27,973 nucleotides of DNA from Octopus sinensis (Eukaryota), in contig NW_021827563.1 in assembly GCF_006345805.1 (NCBI RefSeq), positions 1 through 27,973 on the forward strand. The letters run 5' to 3'. Shown piece after piece: positions 21,106 through 27,973 of the stretch (the first letter of the stretch is position 1; every line of letters begins with the position of its first letter). The notes beneath the pieces were generated by a model. The model had not been told where the DNA came from. It did no database searches and saw nothing but the letters and a program-made list of their open reading frames with translations. A program made the position numbers and the translations under genes.

Positions 21106-21406
21106 TCATGCTTCCCCATATTCTAAAGCAGTGTATCACTCTCCACGCTGTTGGCAAACAGGAATGGAACTTGAGAACAGCTGTAAGGTTTTTCTCTCTA
21201 AGACATGGTTTCTGTTCCACATCTGTTGGTGATGATGATGATGAAGATGGTGGTGGTGGTGATGGTGATGGTGAGACAGAGAGGGAGGAAGAAGATCAGG
21301 AGGAAGATGGGGATGAGGAAGAGGAGGATGGGAGGAGGAAAAGTTAGAGGTGAGAAAAACGAGAATAGAGTGGAAGAGTAACGATAAAAGTACGAGGATT
21401 ATTATT

Positions 21407-21437
<31 letters not shown>

Positions 21438-21443
21438 TTATTA

Positions 21444-21511
<68 letters not shown>

Positions 21512-21946
21512 GAGTGAGAGAGCAGTGCATGCCATCAAAGTGACACTGGGGTAAAATATTCGAAGCCCTGTACACCCATCAAGACTATCTATCTGATAAG
21601 GGTACACCAGGCACATGCATCACAACCATATGTGCACAACATGGTGATCTCATATCGAGATAAACAGCACATGATCTTGCAGGTGGGGCCCAGTTAGAAT
21701 GTACTTCTGGTCGAGTAGCCCATCCCGCTCAAAAGGTCCGTGAATAAGGATTGTTTAAGGATGTTGAACGAACCACCCATGTTTCCAAAGGTCAATTATC
21801 CAAACCCCAAAGAATTCCTTTCAACACACAGCTATGATGCTTCCCACCCCAGCTCCTGCTCATGATCAGATATGCTCAACTGGTTACGGTCAAACAACTG
21901 ACAGGCATATCTGTGGTATTGAATATTTGTTGTAGTCCATCTTTAT
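21512..21946 (-). mobile_element. Repeat family D, 5'-truncated, with (AAT)n tail (21399-21511)
   Basis: Colinear with 16523-16990. Confidence 0.85.
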
Positions 21947-22890
21947 CTACTATTACCAAATCAGACCTTCTAGCTTCTATTATTTTGTCAGTCTGAATGT
22001 TAAAGTCCCACGACATCTTGTATTTCTTACTTTTTAGTAATTTACTAGCTTCCTGTTCATACCATTTATCAATATATTCAAATCCTAGCTTTCTACAAAG
22101 CTCCTAGTGGATTACTCTCCCTAGGTCGTCATGTCTTTTCTTGTGTTCTTTCTGTGCCAGCATGCTAAATTCACCTACTTTGTGAGTAACGTTTTCCTCT
22201 TTTGATTTGCACAAGCTACATCGGGAATCTACCTGGTTTTTGTTTATTTTGGCTTTTATCCAATTACTTCTTGATGCTTGATCTTGTGCAGCTACTAGCA
22301 AACTTTCTGTCTCCTTCTTCAGCTTTCCTTTCTGCATCCATAACCATGTTTCACTACAACTATTTGCTGCAACTATCTTTGGGAATCTACCATGTAACGC
22401 CTTTTCCTACCAAACAGATAATTTCTGTTCTTTTTCCTGGTTTTTAAGCTCGTTTGGTGTTTTGGTTTCCCTATGTTTTGCTGAGACTCTAGCAACTTTT
22501 AATAAACTTCCTTCATTATTACCTACATAGGAATCTATATCTACTCTAGCTAACTCCACACAATCTTCTACTGATATTAACCATCTTCCATTTTCCTTTC
22601 TAGGCAGATATAATCTTGCTACTCCTGCCCTTTGGTGGTGTCCTCTATTCATATTGAATTCCTTCCTAGTTCTTGTGTGTAGCTTTGCTAATTCAGCCTT
22701 TGTACAATCTACAAAAGCTTCTTAGTATCTAAGTAATGATACTGCCCAAGTATTTACAACCTTCACTAGTTTCCGACCATTTAGCTTGCAACTTCATTAG
22801 CTTCCTCACCCTTCTGATGTAATCCTCTATTTTCGTTTTCATTTCTGCGGTTAGTACTCTGTCAGACTCTAATACTCCTAGGCACTTATA
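21941..22890 (-). mobile_element. Decayed RLE non-LTR retrotransposon (R4/Dong/NeSL-like): RT end, CCHC knuckle, start of endonuclease
   Basis: YKCLGVLE, RLYLPRKENGRWLISVEDCV, TESLLVAAQDQA, SRCSLCKSKEENVTH, KRHDDLGRVIH, WDFNIQTDKIIEARRSDLVIVDK. Confidence 0.88.
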
Positions 22891-22924
22891 ACTCTTTCCT
22901 TCTTTTAATGACTTTAACGTCTGT

Positions 22925-22951
22925 CATCAATGTCATCATCATCATCATCAG

Positions 22952-23038
<87 letters not shown>

Positions 23039-23275
23039 TGTTATTACCACCAGCATCGTCACCACCACCACCACCACCACCACCACTATTATCATAATCA
23101 CAGCAACATCGTCATCGTCATCATCGTCATCATTGCTGTTATTATCAACATGATCATCACCATCATCACCAGCATGAAGATGATGAAGATCATCATAATC
23201 ATCATAATCATCATAATCATCATCGCCATTACCCTCACTATCATCCGCATGACCACCACCATCATCATCATCATC
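22925..23275. repeat. (CAT)n/(CAC)n trinucleotide field
   Basis: Directly visible. Confidence 0.95.
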
Positions 23276-23569
23276 GCATGGGAAACCTAGATTTGACGCT
23301 CCTTACGTTCTATCTTTCTCCCTCCAGGCTTGTTGTTGTTGTTGTTGTTGTTACCCTATAGCAAGTCAAAATGTCGACGATGTTGATATTAATGTTGGCG
23401 ACGCAGTTAATCACCGCCTCTCTTTTTTCGCAATTAATGCACTTGGTGAAGGTCTATTAACTGGAACAGTAATTACTATTGCTTCCACCACCACCAACAC
23501 AACCACCACCAACACAACCACCACCACCACCACCACCACCATTTCTACTACTACTGTTGATGGAATAAA

Positions 23570-24180
23570 CATCGGGGATGCTTTTCCGCATGCAGAAACT
23601 GCAGAAGTTATTCAGATTTATTGCAATCTCTTCTTCTGGGACCCATTGTAATGTCAGGAACTCTTCCGTTTCGTCAGTAGGCATCTCAGGGTCACAAAGT
23701 ACTTTGCCCCTTAGCTTCTCCACTTCACTTCAGTGGGACAATGAGGACCGAATTAGTCTAAACCTGCAGAAGGGTACCACCTATGTTCTTTGGTCAACCT
23801 TGGCCACGCTGGTCTGGTTCCAGCTGCTAAGCCTGTTTCCTTGATAGCTTTATTCAAGTGTCTCAGTTCCAAACCAATCTTCTGCAGGAAATACCTCACC
23901 AATCTAGCTAGAAAACTGCAGCAGCCGACTTCAAAAGGGAATGAGGCAATGTGCGATTCTTTGACAAGTGCCTCATCGACCAAGTCGTCTTTATAGTATC
24001 CTGGGGCAGCTATGCTTGAATTTGTCTTCACCTGTAAAATGGTTCCACCTGTGGTTTTTAGTCAGCCTTGGCCATGCTGAGCTGGTTCCAGCTGCTAAGC
24101 CTGTCTCCTTGGTGTCTTTCTTCAGTTTCCTCGGTTCCAGACCAATCTTCTGCAAGAAGTACAACACTAATCTGCTCTAC
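23570..24180 (-). mobile_element. Two tandem diverged 3' fragments of a HERO-like RLE non-LTR retrotransposon plus probable 3' UTR
   Basis: FPFEVGCCSFLARLVRYFLQKIGLE...KAIKETGLAAGTRPAWPRL and SRLVLYFLQKIGLEPRKLKKDTKETGLAAGTSSAWPRL. Resembles the PVEVGCRGF...AIKE..AA..W.W C-terminus of HERO-type RLE proteins (recalled similarity). Confidence 0.55.
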
Positions 24181-24185
24181 ATATT

Positions 24186-24585
24186 TTATTCTTGGCATAA
24201 AAAATTCGCACTTCTCCTCACTGAGCCTAAAACCATACTCTTTTGTTCTTTCGAAAACTGTTTTAACATGTCCAGCGTGCTGATCATGAGATTCCCTTTT
24301 ATGTGTATGTCGTCAAGGCAAGCTACAGTGAAATCTGAACCTGTGAGCATAACGTCCATAATTTGTTGGAGAACGCCAGGTCCTACATTTATACCAAAGG
24401 GGAGTCGATTAAATTTATACAACCCTTTATGGATATTTATTGTCAATAATTTTGAACATTCTTCATCAACTTTTACCTGCAAATATACTTCAGATAGATC
24501 CAACTTCGAAAAAAATTTTCATCCATTCAACTTGGCGAAAATTTCCTCCGGACTTGGTAACAGGTAGTTGGCATCAAACATTCGT
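24186..24585 (-). pseudogene. pol: Ty3/Gypsy reverse transcriptase fragment
   Basis: DLSEVYLQVKVDEECSKLLTINIHKGLYKFNRLPFG...ACLDD (YLDD-equivalent). Frameshifted and truncated at ~24186. Confidence 0.9.
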
Positions 24586-25470
24586 TTAATCCTGTTGAAA
24601 AATCAGCGCATACTCGGATTTTATTATTAGTTTTTTTTCTCTTGATATTAACTGTTGGGGACGCCCATTTTGAGTAAAATCAATTTTTTCAATAACGCCA
24701 AGCTTTTCAAACCTATCTAATTCTTCGTTGACTTGTTTCAACGCCGCGTAAGGTACCGATCGTTTTGGTTTAAATCCCAGTATAGCGTTTTCTTTCACTT
24801 GAAACTTCGCTTCTGTTTTGGTGCAAAGACCCAATTCATCCGACGCCTTATTTGTACTGGCAGAAGAACTATTCACATTTTTACAAAAAATATTCATGGA
24901 CAAGGCTGACAAATTAAATAATTCCATCCAGTCTGTTCCAAATAAACTTGTATTTTTCAACACAAAAACGTTGGCTTTCGAGGTTTTTCCACGAAATGTA
25001 AAATCACTTATTATTTCGCCCGTAAAAGGAAACTTTTTTCCTGAAACACCGCGCGCAATTTTCGAAGTTTCCTTTAATCGAGATTTCCTTATTTTTCTCC
25101 ATGCATTTGTATTAATTATCGTGATATCACTGCCTGTATTTAATTGTAACTTGATAGTCACATCATTAATGTTTATGGACACAAATTTTCTTTTCTGAGC
25201 CTCGCTAAGTATTTCTGTTAACAATACATTCTTTATAGAATTTTTTTTTACCCTTTTCTTTTGTTTCGCTATACAATGTGAACTTTTATGTCCGATTTTT
25301 CCAAACTCAAAACATTTACGATTTTTAAAAGAACAATTACTTCTAAAATACAAACCTCCACACACCCATAGTACGGATTTAGCCTTGACGTTCGTTTATC
25401 TTTTTTTCTTATCCGTTTCAGGACAACACGAATGTATCTGAGAGCAATCTTTTTCTTCAATTTTATCCGT
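24586..25470 (-). pseudogene. Ty3/Gypsy gag zinc knuckle, aspartic protease and RT N-terminus
   Basis: CGGLYFRSNC...CFEFGKIGHKSSHC, KLQLNTGSDITII (DTG to NTG), FKPKRSVPYAALKQVNEELDRFEKLGVIEKI. Confidence 0.9.
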
Positions 25471-25496
25471 ATCATGTCTTAAATTTATAAGCCCCT

Positions 25497-25615
25497 TATT
25501 TCTTTATTGCCCACAAGGGGCTAAACATAGAGGGGAGAAACAAGGACAGACAAAGAGATTAAGTCGATTACATCGACGTAATTTGAGCTCAGAACGTAGC
25601 GTCAGGTTAAATACC
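25497..25615 (-). mobile_element. SINE family A, tail type 2, headless and internally deleted, inside Gypsy gag
   Basis: Tail 25497-25577 joined to internal piece 25578-25615 ending AAATACC. Confidence 0.8.
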
Positions 25616-25822
25616 TGTTTCTTTACTACCCACAAGGGGCTAAACATAGAGGGGACAAACAAGGACAGACATAGGTATTAAGTCGATTACATCGACCCCT
25701 GTGCGTAACTGGTACTTAATTTATCGACCCCGAAAGGATGAAAGGCAAAGTCGATCTCGGCGGAATTTGAACTCACAACGTAACGGCAGACGAAATACCA
25801 CTAAGCATTTCGCCCGGCGTAC
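25616..25822 (-). mobile_element. SINE family A, tail type 2, slightly 5'-truncated, inside Gypsy gag
   Basis: Near-identical to 10650-10867. The gag frame reads ...VEEYQR before and LINLRHD after the insertion. Confidence 0.88.
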
Positions 25823-25825
25823 TCT

Positions 25826-26446
25826 CTGGTATTCCTCAACCACTGCCTGTGGAGTTAATTTTTGGTCCTGTTCTAATTTAGTTAATGTACGGGAACGTAT
25901 ACCAGCATCTTCTTGCTGTTAGCCCTGGCATTTGAACAAATCCGAGGTTAATTCATTTCATTTGAATTTTTCACACTCTCTGTTAACGACCCTAGCATAG
26001 GTGGCGAAATTTTCAGCATCTTTTTTAACTAAATTTAGATACTGCCAACGAGTATTGAACAGGGAACTTTTTTCACAGAATATTCTAGATAACAATTTAA
26101 TAGTTTCATCGAAACAAATCTCACCTGGTTTCTTTGGCAGAATATAATTACAGTATTTTTCGTGTTCGGCAGGGGATAACTTTCTTAAAAGTAGTCGCAC
26201 CTTCTCATCATTCCAATTTTTACATTCTTCTTTGAAGATTTCTTTGTATCTTCTAAAATATGCAGAAAAAGTAGTATCTTCTTCTGAGTTATAAATAAAT
26301 CCTCCAATTGAGTTTGCTACGCCGTCTGACGAGAATGAACCTGAAGTATTTTCAAACTTCTTCAACATTTCTTCCAGTAACTGTTGGTATTGTTGTTGTT
26401 GCTGTTGCTGTTGCAACTGCACCATGCAAGCCAATAAATTTTCCAT
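25826..26446 (-). pseudogene. gag: Ty3/Gypsy (Mag/K02A2.6-like) gag
   Basis: MENLLACMVQLQQQ...FIYNSEEDTTFSAYFRRYKEIF...KVRLLLRKLSPAEHEKYCNYILPKKP...SSLFNTRWQYLNL...VNRECEKFK. Confidence 0.88.
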
Positions 26447-26508
26447 GTTATTGATCTTTTCTTTGACTTCGTAGAAAAAAAAATTTAACGTCCAACGCAA
26501 GCTTCGAA

Positions 26509-26521
26509 CATCTCGTCGCCA
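26509..26521 (-). other. Primer binding site, tRNA-Ser(GCU)-like
   Basis: TGGCGACGAGATG on minus, just upstream of gag. Complementary to the recalled 3' end CAUCCUCGUCGCCA, with one base missing. Confidence 0.75.
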
Positions 26522-26524
26522 CTT

Positions 26525-26921
26525 TTATATCCTTGTAATGTTTGTCGGACTCTTAAGTAGTATTGTTCGTTTTGCACACAACACTCTTGTTTTTCATTGT
26601 ACTAAGCACTCTTGTTTTTCACTCGAACAGACTTTAGTCCGATTTTTTTAACCTCAAACCCCAAAATGGTATCTCTAGCTGGTTAACACTGCACAACTTC
26701 ATCCAATATATTGTGAGCAGGGGAATCGAACCCTTACCACATTCTAGCGACGGGACCAACACACAGTAATTCTAACAACTACCAATACAGCAACTTACGG
26801 GTTCAGTGCGAGTTCAACGCGGAACTAACACACCGACTCTTATGACCTATTGTCTCAACCAAATACGCTACTCTTAACGGAGCGTATGTTCCGGGTCCAA
26901 GCCTTGGATAACTTTTGAACT
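26525..26921 (-). repeat. Putative 5' LTR of the Gypsy element
   Basis: Non-coding segment between the PBS and a (TA)n run. Contains a duplicated CACTCTTGTTTTTCA. No second LTR in the window, and TG...CA termini are not clear. Confidence 0.45.
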
Positions 26922-26931
26922 CTATATATAT

Positions 26932-27973
26932 TGTTGTTGGCATCCTTTTTGTCTCGGGAGACAATGGAGTTGCGCATAAAATAATCTAGTCCGGCTTTTA
27001 CATTTCATGTCCTAATACAGCTCCTGTTGTGAATGTGTAGTCCTTTCCTGGACAAACACTCCCTCTGGCAGGTGCCGCAAATGTAGCGAAGACCTTGCCT
27101 GGCTGGTTGTAATGTTATAGTTTCTTGTTGACATCTTTTCTAGTCTTTCATTTCTCCTCTCTCTCTCTGTCACTCCTTTGTGTTCCCTCTTTTACGGTAC
27201 GTCGCCAATCTCCACGGTTGCTGGTAACTGCTTCCCAGTTGCTAATATTGATGTGGCAGGCCTTTATGTCCCTTTTGCAAACATCCTTGTATCGTAAGAA
27301 CGGTCTTCCCACAGACCTAGTGCCCCTAGCAAGCTCTCCGTAGAGTATGTCCTTGGGGATTCTGCCTTCTTCCATACGGCTAACATGTCCAAGCCATCTC
27401 ATACGTCTTTGTGTGAGGAGTTCAAACATGCTTGGTATTCCTGCTTGCTTGAGGACATCTTTGTTGGGGACATGATTCTGCCATTTGATGCCAAGGATTT
27501 TCCGGAGGCAGCGCAGGGGAAAGATATTTAGGCGACGCTCGTGCCGTGTGTATGGCGTCCAAGTCTCACTTCCATACAGTAGAATGCTATGTACACTGGT
27601 AAATCTTCATTTTTGTGGTCTTGGTCAGCTTATTGTTGTTCCATGCCCGTTTGGAGAGTTGGGCCATCACAGCAGCTGCCTTGCCAATGCGTATATTGAG
27701 CTCAGCATCAAGGGATATGCTGTAGGTGACGGTAGAGCCAAGATAGGTAAACTTCTCCACCTCCTGTAGTCTGTGGTCTCCAATATGTATGTTTGGGATG
27801 TCCGATGATGTTGGTCTTCTTGTGGCTGATAACTAAGCCAAAGTCGCTACATGCTATCTCAAAACAGTTGATGAGCCTTTGTAGGGCTTCTTCTGTGTGT
27901 GTGATACCAGAGCGGCCATCATCAAATAGCATCTCCTTGATCAGGACGCTTCTGATTTTAGTCTTGGCACGCA
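26932..27973 (-). mobile_element. RTE-BovB-like LINE 3' portion with (CAA)n-like tail, runs off the window end
   Basis: MLFDDG...HTEEALQRL, EVEKFTYLGS, RRMRWLGHVSRMEEGRIPKDILYGEL...GRPFLRYKDVCKRD. 3' end GAGAC...GGATGCCAACAACAA. Confidence 0.92.

Noticed and set aside
231-23153. Dozens of 60-255 aa ORFs rich in Y/I, H/T, L/S/F, poly-M or poly-H
   Set aside because: They are translations of di-, tri- and tetranucleotide repeats, open in several frames and on both strands, with no domain signal.
23655-23675. Other CTGANGA heptamers (here on minus; also near 2207, 14117, 16716, 16893, 26325)
   Set aside because: None is followed by a stem II plus GAAA and a stem III, so they are chance matches.
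23457-23723. ORF MEKLRGKVLCDPEMPTDETEEF...
   Set aside because: No recognisable family, it ends in a Gly repeat, and it lies where a LINE 3' UTR is expected.
3166-25822. Recurring near-identical ~220-bp units considered as a CRISPR-like or regularly spaced array
   Set aside because: They are dispersed, in both orientations, with pol III boxes and TSDs, so they are SINEs in a eukaryotic context.

Overview
Eukaryotic, repeat-saturated, apparently non-coding window (intron or intergenic). The SINE families, the density of compound microsatellites and the retroelement mix look like an Octopus (cephalopod) genome; this is recognition from memory, not a database result. No intact host protein-coding gene is visible, and nearly all listed ORFs are translated microsatellites. 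Real coding remnants are all decayed retroelements: several restriction-like-endonuclease (R4/Dong-like and HERO-like) non-LTR fragments, three RTE-clade LINE fragments, and a Ty3/Gypsy LTR element (gag, zinc knuckle, protease, partial RT, tRNA-Ser PBS). There are also at least three tRNA-derived SINE families, a TIR MITE with an 8-bp TSD, a palindromic MITE and a tRNA-Lys(UUU) pseudogene. The most notable signals are four minimal type-I hammerhead-ribozyme-like motifs with palindromic stem III (two of them back to back at 9068-9249), recurrent SINE and LINE junctions at identical internal positions, several long hairpins, and a possible first micro-exon/promoter at about 4980-5100.
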